Made by a program: the position numbers and the translations under genes. Of a stretch of 33,613 bases of DNA, positions 25,029 through 33,613 are shown piece after piece (the stretch's first letter is position 1; the number at the start of each line of letters is the position of its first letter). Where the stretch lies: IMG/VR virus record IMGVR_UViG_3300047560_000512, positions 1 to 33,613 of that record; one strand, given 5' to 3'. The notes under the pieces are model-generated. The model was given only the letters and a program-made list of their open reading frames with translations. It made no database searches and was not told the DNA's origin. This DNA is from a virus. Lineage: Duplodnaviria > Caudoviricetes.

Positions 25029-26267
25029 ATGGCATCTACTTCAAATAACCTACGTATTACCTTAATTGGTACTGGCGAACAAGCTGGTGTTTGGGGTAAT
25101 ACAACCAATACTAACTTAGGCACGCTGTTAGAGCAAGCCATTGTTGGGTTCACACCAAAAACCATAAACAGTGCTACTGAATACCTTGCAGTTATTGACG
25201 GAGCTAGTGCTGAATTTCGATTCGCTAATATCCGACTTATTGGTGCTGCATCCGCATACTACTTATTTGTACCCCCATATACTAAGTCCTACACGATGGT
25301 TAACTCGTGTAACTACGATGCTTATATAGCCGTAGCAAGTACACCGAATACAACAGTACCTGCACAAACATTTAGTGCAACTATATCAGGTACAACAATG
25401 GTAGTAGCTTCGGTATCTACGGGAGTTTTACTGTCGAATGGCATGACAATAACTGATGTTAGTGGGTCAACTGTAGCTGCCGGTACAAAAATAGTAAGTC
25501 AAGTTTCAGGTATTACAGGTGGTGCGGGTACATATACAGTTAGTGTTAGCCAGAGCGTAGGTTCCGCAACAAGTATGTTTGCCTCACTGCGTATCCCTGC
25601 TGGTAAGGCGATGACGTTCTTCTCTACAGGTACAAGCATATTTGAATCTGTTAATAATATAGCTGGTGACTTATCTGTACAAGGTGCTTTGTCTGTTAGC
25701 AGTAATGCTACGTTTGGTGGTAATGGCGCGTTTGGTGGTACAGGTAGTTTGGGTACCCCAGTAGGTACAACATCACAACGTTCTGGTTCGGGTATCCGAT
25801 ACAATACCACACTGTCACGTTACGAAGGCTATGACATCAATGCTTCTACATGGAGCACTATCGGTGGTGGCGCAACAGGCGGCGGTGCTAACCAAGTATT
25901 TTATGAGAACGACCAGAACATAACTGCAAGCTATACGATTGGTGCAAACAAAAACGCCATGACTACAGGTCCAGTTACTATCACTTCGTTTGCTGCTGAA
26001 GGTAGCATTGCATATAACGCTGCAGTTCCAGAAACTATATTAACTATTAATTCAAGTCCAGCGCCTATAGGTAGTCTTTATATTGGTGCAGTTATTGTAG
26101 GTTCTGGCGTTGCTTCAGGTCAAAGTATTGCGCAATTCCGTTCAGGTACGGGTGGGGCAGGTACGTATGTATTAAGTTCTCCACAAGGTAACGTATCAAC
26201 CACAGCTATTACATCAGATGTTGTAGTAACTGTACCGACTACATCTAACTGGGTCATTCTAGGATAA
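25029..26267 (+). CDS. tail fibre/baseplate-associated protein with two inserted modules
   Basis: N-terminal GTGEQAGVWGNTTNTNL, PVGTTSQR...IRYNTT...EGY motif, C-terminal FYENDQNIT...WVIL. Confidence 0.8.
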   Translation: MASTSNNLRITLIGTGEQAGVWGNTTNTNLGTLLEQAIVGFTPKTINSATEYLAVIDGASAEFRFANIRLIGAASAYYLFVPPYTKSYTMVNSCNYDAYIAVASTPNTTVPAQTFSATISGTTMVVASVSTGVLLSNGMTITDVSGSTVAAGTKIVSQVSGITGGAGTYTVSVSQSVGSATSMFASLRIPAGKAMTFFSTGTSIFESVNNIAGDLSVQGALSVSSNATFGGNGAFGGTGSLGTPVGTTSQRSGSGIRYNTTLSRYEGYDINASTWSTIGGGATGGGANQVFYENDQNITASYTIGANKNAMTTGPVTITSFAAEGSIAYNAAVPETILTINSSPAPIGSLYIGAVIVGSGVASGQSIAQFRSGTGGAGTYVLSSPQGNVSTTAITSDVVVTVPTTSNWVILG

Positions 26268-26270
26268 GAC

Positions 26271-26783
26271 ATGGCAAATATTATTAAAGTAGGTAACACA
26301 GTTAATGGGTATACAACAACCCCAGATCAAAGCGGAGCATTAGAAATTAGAACAGGCCCCCTTGCTGGCGGCACTACGGCAATTAGTATTGACGCTTCAC
26401 AAAACGTCGCGATGGCCGCTAATGCTACTGTGGCGGGGAATTTAACTGTAACAGGTAACATAGCAGGTGCTGCTGGGTTAGGGGTAGGTCAAACTTGGCA
26501 GACATTTACTGTTAGTGGGACAGGTCCGCAACGAGTAGCGGGTACTGCTTACACCAATAGTACTGGTAAACCCATTATGATTTCAGTATCAACTTCTAAT
26601 TCAAGTATTAATGGAGAAACTCTTTCTATAACTGTAAGTGGCGTTGTAGTAGCACAAACTTATCTTAATACTGGTACTGCCCATAATGCGGGCATGACTT
26701 TATCAACTGTAGTACCTGCCAGTGCTACCTATACTGTGAATACTACTTCTGCAACACTAAGTATTTGGGCAGAACTTCGTTAA
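26271..26783 (+). CDS. short tail fibre-like protein
   Basis: C-terminal GLGVGQTWQ...YTNSTGKPIMISV...WAELR domain typical of phage fibre tips. Confidence 0.75.
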   Translation: MANIIKVGNTVNGYTTTPDQSGALEIRTGPLAGGTTAISIDASQNVAMAANATVAGNLTVTGNIAGAAGLGVGQTWQTFTVSGTGPQRVAGTAYTNSTGKPIMISVSTSNSSINGETLSITVSGVVVAQTYLNTGTAHNAGMTLSTVVPASATYTVNTTSATLSIWAELR

Positions 26784-26795
26784 TAAGGATAAAAC

Positions 26796-27548
26796 ATGTC
26801 ATTAACAATTAACGGGTCAACCGGATCAATCATAGGCACATTACCTGCCGGTATGATTATGTACTTTGCTAATACTACTGTTCCACAAGGTTGGTTCCAA
26901 TGTGATGGCAGCGCAAAATCTAGAACTAACTACGTAGATTTATTTAACGCTATCGGTACTGTATATGGGGCTGGCGACGGTGCTACTACATTTAATATAC
27001 CAGACTTTCGTGGTCAATTTTTACGTGGGTGGGCAAGCAATACAACAACAGTTGCGGTTTTTACTGGGACTATTAATAGTACAACTCTTACTGTAGCTAC
27101 TCAGCCAACTGGAACACTACGTATAGGGCAAGTTTTATCAGGTACAGGTGTTGTTGCAGGTACAGTTATACTTAGTCAATTAACAGGTACTACTGGTGGT
27201 ATAGGTACATACTCTGTATCTGCCCCCGCACAAACCGTAGCATCAACAACCATAACGGCTTCAGTACCTGATGCTGGTCGTACTATTGGGTCAAACCAAT
27301 ATGATGCTGCTAGGCGAATAATAGGTACTCTTAATACAAGTGTTTTAGGCTCTTTTGGAACGTTTGTAAATAATGACTCAACCTATAGTGGGGTATTCTC
27401 TACATCAGGAGCGCTAAGTGATAGACCTCAAGGAGCTGCCGGTACAGGCTCTAGAACAACGTTATCATTAGATTCTGCACAAGTAGTAACGCCATCAACT
27501 GAAGGGCGACCTGTTAACGCTGCAGTAATGATATGTATTAAATACTAA
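26796..27548 (+). CDS. phage tail collar domain protein
   Basis: PAGMIMYFA...[10 protein letters not shown]...[34 protein letters not shown]-terminal [13 protein letters not shown]. Confidence 0.9.
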   Translation: MSLTINGSTGSIIGTLPAGMIMYFANTTVPQGWFQCDGSAKSRTNYVDLFNAIGTVYGAGDGATTFNIPDFRGQFLRGWASNTTTVAVFTGTINSTTLTVATQPTGTLRIGQVLSGTGVVAGTVILSQLTGTTGGIGTYSVSAPAQTVASTTITASVPDAGRTIGSNQYDAARRIIGTLNTSVLGSFGTFVNNDSTYSGVFSTSGALSDRPQGAAGTGSRTTLSLDSAQVVTPSTEGRPVNAAVMICIKY

Positions 27549-27557
27549 GGAACAACT

Positions 27558-28283
27558 ATGACTATATCTTTAAACGGAACTACAGGAATAGTTTTCCCCA
27601 ATGCACAAACACAAGCAGTAGCTTACCTACCAGCGGGTATGGTTCAATACTTTGCTAACTCTTCAGTACCTACTGGTTGGCTTCAATGTAACGGCGCTTT
27701 AATATCACGTACTACATACGCAGATTTGTTTGCAGCAATTGGTACAACTTATGGTGCTGGCGATGGCTCTTCTACATTTGCTCTACCTGATACACGAGGT
27801 CAGTTTTTACGTGCTTGGTCAGCAGGTGCTACTACTATAGCTACATTCACAGGTAACATAAATAATGGTAGTACATCTGCCGGTACAGTACTTAATGTGC
27901 TAAGTGCGCCTACAGGTGGTTTAGTTATTGGACAAGTTTTATCTGGTACAGGTGTTACTGCTAACACAAAAATTATTGCACAGGTTAGTGGTACTCAAGG
28001 TGGAGTAGGTGTATATACAGTAGACACAAGTCAGTTAGTAGCCTCAACAACTATTACAGCCACGGTGCCAGATTCAGGTCGTGCTATAGGTTCAGGGCAG
28101 GTTGACGCTTTTCAAAGCCATAGTCACTCTGCGCCTACTTATTTCTATGACGCTGGAGGGGTTACGAACATATTTCGTGCTTCTGGCGCATCAAACTATA
28201 AGGGTGATGCTGTTGTAAATGCAACAGGTGGTACAGAAACTCGACCAACAAACATAGCTTTCCTTTGCTGCATTAAATACTAA
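27558..28283 (+). CDS. phage tail collar domain protein (paralogue)
   Basis: [71 protein letters not shown]. Confidence 0.9.
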   Translation: MTISLNGTTGIVFPNAQTQAVAYLPAGMVQYFANSSVPTGWLQCNGALISRTTYADLFAAIGTTYGAGDGSSTFALPDTRGQFLRAWSAGATTIATFTGNINNGSTSAGTVLNVLSAPTGGLVIGQVLSGTGVTANTKIIAQVSGTQGGVGVYTVDTSQLVASTTITATVPDSGRAIGSGQVDAFQSHSHSAPTYFYDAGGVTNIFRASGASNYKGDAVVNATGGTETRPTNIAFLCCIKY

Positions 28284-28291
28284 GGTGCACG

Positions 28292-30682
28292 ATGCCCCTA
28301 CAAAAACTTCAGTTTCGCCCCGGGGTTAACCGTGAGGGCACTACACTTTCTAACGAGGGTGGTTGGTTTGAGTGCGACAAAGTGCGCTTTCGTTCTGGCT
28401 ACCCTGAGAAGATAGGTGGCTGGCAACTAATTTCTGATATTAAGTACCTTGGCACTGCGCGTTCATTATGGAATTGGGTAACTCTAGCTGGGTACAACAT
28501 GCTAGGTGTTGGTACATCATCAAAGTTTTACATAGAGCTGGGTGGTGAATACAATGACGTAACTCCAATACGCCAATATGCAACACTTACTAACCCATTT
28601 ACAACAACTGTTGGTTCTCAAGTTGTCACAGTATCTGATGCTAACCACGGGGCTATCACGGGTGACTTTGTTACTTTCTCTGGCGCTTCTGCAGTTGGTG
28701 GCGTACCAGCAGGTGACTTAAATCGTGAACTACAAATAACCTATATTGATTCAAATAGCTACTACGTTATGGTGGACACCCCCGCTACATCAGCAGCTAC
28801 GGGTGGGGGCACAGTTCAAGCAGCGTATCAATTAAATACTGCGTCAGACGTAGGCTCTACGCAAACAGGCTGGGGTGCTGGTCTATGGGGTGGTGTTTCT
28901 ACAAACGTTGAGACAACTAAGATTAATGTTATTGGCGGTATTAATAGTTCGACTACTACAATAACAGTCCAATCTACAAACGGTTTTGCGGCAGGATCAG
29001 TACAAAACCCCGGCATTATTTTAATTGGCGATGAGTTAATAACCTATACAGGTACATCACCTACTACGTTTACTGGGTGTGTACGTGGAGTTAATGGTAC
29101 TACAGCTGCAGCACATTCAAACAATATTAATGTACAGGAAGCTGCAACCTACGCTGGTTGGGGTCAATCAATATCCACCTCAGTTAATACTAAGCTTCGT
29201 TTGTGGAGCCAAAGTAATTTTGGTCAAGACTTATTATTCTGCCCACGTGGTGGCACGTTATACCATTGGGGTCCCGGTACAGGTTTGTTCCCTGATTTTA
29301 GTGACGCTAACCCATCACGTGCTGTAGGTGTATTTTCTGGGCTTGTTACTACAACAGATACGAGTACGACAATTACGGTTACTGATGTATATGAAGGTGC
29401 TATACATGTTGGGATGTCGGTCTCTGGTACAGGTATTCCCGTAGGTACTACGATTGCAGCGTTTGGTACTGGCACTGGAGCAACAGGTACTTATACATTA
29501 AGTAAAGCCGCTACAGCTTCTGCTTCAGGCGTTGCGTTTGCGGGTACTTCTGATGCCCCTACAACTATTAATCAAGTACTAGTCTCTGATTCTTCTCGTA
29601 TTGTTATTGCGTTTGGTTGTAATGACTACGGTAGTACTGTACTTGATCCGATGCTTATCCGTTGGACAGCACAAGAGAGTTACACAGATTGGACATTTAA
29701 AGCAGATGGCTCTAGTCAAGCAGGGTACTACAGATTATCCCACGGCTCTCAAATTATTACAGCCTTACAGACCCGTCAAGAAATTGTAGTTTGGACTGAC
29801 GCTGCTATCTACGGTATGCAGTACTTAGGACCTCCTTTTGTGTGGGGCTTTACCCTACTAGCAGACAACATCTCTATAGTTTCTCCTAATGCTGCAGCTA
29901 CTGCGGCGGGTGTTACTTATTGGATGGGTACGGATAAATTCTATTCTTATGCAGGTCGTGTAGAAACATTACCTTGTGCTCTTCGTTCTTATGTATTTGA
30001 CGACATTAATCGAGATCAGTTTAATCAATTCTTTGCTGGTACTAACGAGGGGTACAGTGAAGTGTGGTGGTTCTATTGTTCTATTACTGGTCCAGATGGA
30101 ACAGGCACCGAGACTAACCCAAATACCATAATCGATCGTTACGTTATATTTAATTACCTTGACCGTGTATGGTATTACGGTAGTATGTCACGCACTGCTT
30201 GGTTAGACAGCCCACTACGCCAATACCCACAAGCTGCAACATTGACAAACCAGATTGTGTTTCATGAAGCTGCGGTTGACGATGGTTTAACTAACCCTCC
30301 AACTGCTATTCATTCCTATGTGCAGTCTTCTGATTTTGATATTGGTGACGGGCACAACTATGGGTTTGTGTGGAGAATGTTACCCGACATTACTTTTGAT
30401 GGGTCTAATACAAGTAACACTACAGATAACCCACAGGTAGAGTTTACATTGCGCCCTAAACAAAACCCCGGTTCACCATATGGCCCTACAAATGCACCTA
30501 CAGTAACAACAACACAAAACTACTCCAACGTACGTACATATAACGTGCAGGAATTTACTGAGATTATTTATACTAGAGTGCGTGGTAGGCAGATGGCATT
30601 AAGGGTTGAATCAAATACTGTTGGTACGCAGTGGCAGTTAGGTACGCCGCGTATGGACGTTAAGCCGGATGGTAGACGATGA
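28292..30682 (+). CDS. putative tail nozzle / tail tubular protein B-like (P22 gp10 / T7 gp12 analogue)
   Basis: 796 aa, beta-rich, PGVNRE...KVRFR-G-PEKIGGW N-terminus, ends R-D--PDGRR. Positioned before the ejection-protein gene. Confidence 0.65.
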   Translation: MPLQKLQFRPGVNREGTTLSNEGGWFECDKVRFRSGYPEKIGGWQLISDIKYLGTARSLWNWVTLAGYNMLGVGTSSKFYIELGGEYNDVTPIRQYATLTNPFTTTVGSQVVTVSDANHGAITGDFVTFSGASAVGGVPAGDLNRELQITYIDSNSYYVMVDTPATSAATGGGTVQAAYQLNTASDVGSTQTGWGAGLWGGVSTNVETTKINVIGGINSSTTTITVQSTNGFAAGSVQNPGIILIGDELITYTGTSPTTFTGCVRGVNGTTAAAHSNNINVQEAATYAGWGQSISTSVNTKLRLWSQSNFGQDLLFCPRGGTLYHWGPGTGLFPDFSDANPSRAVGVFSGLVTTTDTSTTITVTDVYEGAIHVGMSVSGTGIPVGTTIAAFGTGTGATGTYTLSKAATASASGVAFAGTSDAPTTINQVLVSDSSRIVIAFGCNDYGSTVLDPMLIRWTAQESYTDWTFKADGSSQAGYYRLSHGSQIITALQTRQEIVVWTDAAIYGMQYLGPPFVWGFTLLADNISIVSPNAAATAAGVTYWMGTDKFYSYAGRVETLPCALRSYVFDDINRDQFNQFFAGTNEGYSEVWWFYCSITGPDGTGTETNPNTIIDRYVIFNYLDRVWYYGSMSRTAWLDSPLRQYPQAATLTNQIVFHEAAVDDGLTNPPTAIHSYVQSSDFDIGDGHNYGFVWRMLPDITFDGSNTSNTTDNPQVEFTLRPKQNPGSPYGPTNAPTVTTTQNYSNVRTYNVQEFTEIIYTRVRGRQMALRVESNTVGTQWQLGTPRMDVKPDGRR

Positions 30683-31542
30683 CCACAAGTATTATTGTTA
30701 CAGAGTCAGTTGAACTCACAAAAACTAAAAGTCCGGCGCTTCCACTCGCACCGGTTGCTTACGAACGTGCGTACCAAGACTCAGTTAACAACATCTTACG
30801 TCAGTACTTTAATCAGGTAGATAACTTAATTGGGCAGCTAAATTTAAGTGCTCTTAATGGCTTGGCTCTACCACAAGGCGCGTTTTATCAGGATGGTGTA
30901 ACTACATTAACGGCGGGCATAAGTAACTCGGCTACTACGATTCCTGTTGTGTCTACTACAAACTTTTCAAACACTGGCGCAGTTCTTATTGACTCTGAGG
31001 TTATTAAATACACTGGTAAAACTACTACTTCGTTCACAGGATGTACTCGTGGTCAATTTGGATCTACGGCAGCGTCACATCTATCCGGAGCTTCTGTAGG
31101 TGAGGCACAGTCTGCCACTGCTCCAGCTGCGCTTTTCATGTCTAATACAACCAGCAGTAACGGTGTAGCACTAGACGCTACGGATAAATCAAAGGTTGTA
31201 TTTACTACTGCGGGGTACTACAACATCCAGTTTAGTGCACAGTTATTATCTTTTGATAACGCTGTTGATAACGTAACATTATGGTTTTCGCAGAACGGAA
31301 CACAGGTCCCATACAGCGCAGGGCTTGGTACTATCCCCGGAAGAATTAGTGCGTCCAAACCCGCTACAGCAATTATATCGTGGAATATTATTCTGCCTAT
31401 AGCTGCAAATGACTATATCCAGCTTTACTTTGCTTCGGATAGCGGTAACACTTTAGCTGTAACTTATCCCGCAGGGACTGCCCCTGTACACCCAGTATCC
31501 CCATCTATTATTTTGACCGCGACGTTCACGTCTGCCTTATAA
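30679..31542 (+). CDS. tail-associated protein with C-terminal C1q/TNF-like beta-sandwich
   Basis: PALPLAP..Y...LRQYFNQ N-terminus, AGYYNIQFSAQL...ANDYIQLY pattern. Confidence 0.7.
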   Translation: MTTSIIVTESVELTKTKSPALPLAPVAYERAYQDSVNNILRQYFNQVDNLIGQLNLSALNGLALPQGAFYQDGVTTLTAGISNSATTIPVVSTTNFSNTGAVLIDSEVIKYTGKTTTSFTGCTRGQFGSTAASHLSGASVGEAQSATAPAALFMSNTTSSNGVALDATDKSKVVFTTAGYYNIQFSAQLLSFDNAVDNVTLWFSQNGTQVPYSAGLGTIPGRISASKPATAIISWNIILPIAANDYIQLYFASDSGNTLAVTYPAGTAPVHPVSPSIILTATFTSAL

Positions 31543-31553
31543 AATGATACTAT
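31525..31553 (+). promoter_or_regulatory. possible promoter for the ejection-protein genes
   Basis: TTCACG, 17-bp spacer, TACTAT with TG extension. The -35 resembles TTCACA at 144. Confidence 0.4.
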
Positions 31554-31578
31554 TGACAAAATTCCTTAAGGGTGCGAT

Positions 31579-33613
31579 ATGAGCCTACATGCACTAGCCA
31601 ACCATCTGCAAGAAGCCGGACGCGGCGACGACAAAGTCCTGATCCACATGACCCCTAGAGAAGTTAGCGGTTTGCAATCGCTCGCTATGGCGCATGGTGG
31701 TTCTTTGACAATTAACCCAGAAACAGGTCTACCTGAAGCGGGTTTCCTAGATAGGATGCTCCCAACCATTATTGGTGCTGGACTTACCATAGCTTCCGGT
31801 GGCGCTTTATCCCCGTTGATGGCTGCAGGTATTACAGGCGCTGGATATGGATTGTACACAGGTAGCTTAAGTAAAGGTTTGATGGCAGGCTTGGGCGCAT
31901 ACGGTGGTGCTGGTTTAGCTAGTGGGTTAGGGGCTGCTGGGGCGGAAGCTGCTGGGGCGGAAGCTGCAAGTGCGGGAGCTGCATCTGGGGAAACCGCTGC
32001 TAATTTAGGGTCGCAAGGTTCTGCGTTTAATATACCGGCGGATAAATTTACTACTAGCGTACCAGCAGAAAACGTTTTAACTCCCGGATATGGTGTAAAT
32101 AATAGCATTCCGGGTATTGCAGGTACTGATGTAAATACTATGGCTAATTCTTATTTGCCATCTGTAAACCCCGTAGATAATATGGTATCGCAAGTAAACG
32201 CAGCTCCTGCCCTGTCTGATTTTGGTGGGGCAGGGGTTAATGGTGGGGTCGATCCTAGTCTATATAAAACCGTAGGTACACCTGATGTTGCGTCTACTGG
32301 CAACGATATTGATCGTATTATGGGTCAAGGTAATCCACGTAGCTACTGGGATAATGTTAAAGGTGGTTTTGGTAAAGCGACTGATAGTTGGGAAGGTCTA
32401 AAAGGCGTATGGGATAAAACTCCAACTGGTACAGGACTTGGCTTGATGACTACCGGCATGGGGCTGATGGAAGAAATGAGAAACAAAAACGCTGCCGCTC
32501 CAGAAAAAAGCGAAATGTATTTGCGTCCTTATGAATACTCCATAGCTCAAAACTCTAATGCTTACGCGCCGAATGCAGCAACTTCAGAACGTGAATATTT
32601 TGTGCAGCCTAGATTCAAAGCACTGCCTATTGAACGTGTCGCTAAAGAAGGCGGCTTGATGTCAATTAATAAATACGGTATTGGCGGTGAAATTGAGCAG
32701 ATGTCGGCAGAGAATTCGGTAAGTGGTAATACCATGTACCCACAGTCCCAGCTTCAGACTGCTATGTACTCAAACCCAATGGTGCAGCGTCCTGTACAAA
32801 ACGAAGTAATCAACGCTGGTCTTGATACACCTGTTGATACTTACACCGGCGAAGCTCGTATGGCTAGTGGTGGTGTAGCAACCCCACAACCTTCTTCAGA
32901 GAAAAAGTATGCGTACGACCCAGAGACAATGAAGTTTACTGAAACAACTACGACCACACCTGCTGCACAAGCTAATCAAGGTTTTGGATTGTTTGGTTTA
33001 AACCCAATGATGGGTGGAAATTTTCGCGGTCAACAAAACATTTCTAACGGGGCATACTTTGGTTTAACCCCAGCTTTAATGGCAATGTTTGGTGGACAAC
33101 AACAAGCCGCACAACAACCAACAGTAACTACAGAAACCTTTGGTGGCATAGCAACTCCGTACGTACCACAAGGGCAAGCTGCAGGTGCGCAAGATACAAG
33201 TATGGTACCAAACACCGTTATTCCCGCAGCACAGACACCAGAACAACAGCTTGGATTAACAGATTTTTACGCTAATATGAATCAGCGTCTTGCCGAGCAA
33301 GGCGGTTATGCTGCAGGTGGTATGGCTAGTGGTGGTATGGCTAGTGGTGGTATATCTACTTTGGGTGGTTATTCTGATGGTGGTCGTTTATTGAAAGGTC
33401 CCGGCGATGGCGTTAGCGATTCTATTCCTGCTTCTATTGGTGATCGTCAGCCCGCTCGTCTTGCTGATGGTGAGTTCGTGGTGCCTGCACGTATCGTATC
33501 AGAGTTGGGAAATGGATCTACAGAGGCCGGTGCTAGAAAACTCTATCAGATGATGGAACGAGTACAACACGCTAGACGTAAGACCGTAGGTAAAAACCAA
33601 GTAGCAAAAAATA
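31579..33613 (+). CDS. putative DNA ejection / internal virion protein, 3'-truncated by the window, not in the ORF track
   Basis: Open frame of >=678 codons from ATG 31579 (RBS AAGGG): MSLHALANHLQEAGRGDDKVLIHMTPREV...INPETGLPEA, G/A-rich hydrophobic stretch, ...GPGDGVSDSIPA...RLADGEFVVPA. Confidence 0.8.
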   Translation, partial: MSLHALANHLQEAGRGDDKVLIHMTPREVSGLQSLAMAHGGSLTINPETGLPEAGFLDRMLPTIIGAGLTIASGGALSPLMAAGITGAGYGLYTGSLSKGLMAGLGAYGGAGLASGLGAAGAEAAGAEAASAGAASGETAANLGSQGSAFNIPADKFTTSVPAENVLTPGYGVNNSIPGIAGTDVNTMANSYLPSVNPVDNMVSQVNAAPALSDFGGAGVNGGVDPSLYKTVGTPDVASTGNDIDRIMGQGNPRSYWDNVKGGFGKATDSWEGLKGVWDKTPTGTGLGLMTTGMGLMEEMRNKNAAAPEKSEMYLRPYEYSIAQNSNAYAPNAATSEREYFVQPRFKALPIERVAKEGGLMSINKYGIGGEIEQMSAENSVSGNTMYPQSQLQTAMYSNPMVQRPVQNEVINAGLDTPVDTYTGEARMASGGVATPQPSSEKKYAYDPETMKFTETTTTTPAAQANQGFGLFGLNPMMGGNFRGQQNISNGAYFGLTPALMAMFGGQQQAAQQPTVTTETFGGIATPYVPQGQAAGAQDTSMVPNTVIPAAQTPEQQLGLTDFYANMNQRLAEQGGYAAGGMASGGMASGGISTLGGYSDGGRLLKGPGDGVSDSIPASIGDRQPARLADGEFVVPARIVSELGNGSTEAGARKLYQMMERVQHARRKTVGKNQVAKN

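Noticed and set aside
25029-31542. Plug-in modules as inteins, introns or DGR targets
   Set aside because: No C/S...HN intein termini, frames stay open with protein-like conservation, no adenine-specific TR/VR pair, and no reverse transcriptase in the window.
1-33613. tRNA, rRNA, integrase, transposase, tail sheath/tube or tape measure genes
   Set aside because: None recognised. Intergenic gaps outside 1-1993 and 10470-10615 are too short for RNA genes. Lifestyle and host cannot be determined from this window.

Overview
This window holds the morphogenesis arm of a short-tailed dsDNA phage (podovirus-like, P22/T7-type tail logic, class Caudoviricetes). All credible genes are on the + strand and are often translationally coupled. 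Gene order is: two paralogous stand-alone gene cassettes, a C-rich spacer, putative terS, terL, portal, GroES-like co-chaperonin, scaffold, major capsid, terminator plus a probable pseudoknotted RNA, a cluster of small Lys-rich proteins and head-tail adaptors, tail fibre/adhesin genes with an embedded holin-M15 endolysin module, tail collar paralogues, tail nozzle, and a probable ejection protein cut off by the window end. The most notable features are: (1) ~70-aa plug-in beta-modules reused in-frame across unrelated tail proteins; (2) two cassettes sharing a 34-bp element and a TTAC-N5-GTAA palindrome; (3) a double-pseudoknot RNA after the capsid gene; (4) a recurrent [FYML]xxGG motif shared by small basic proteins and the ejection protein; (5) a small gene broken by one TAA. 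No database searches were run. Family calls come from motif recognition, recollection of homologues and synteny.
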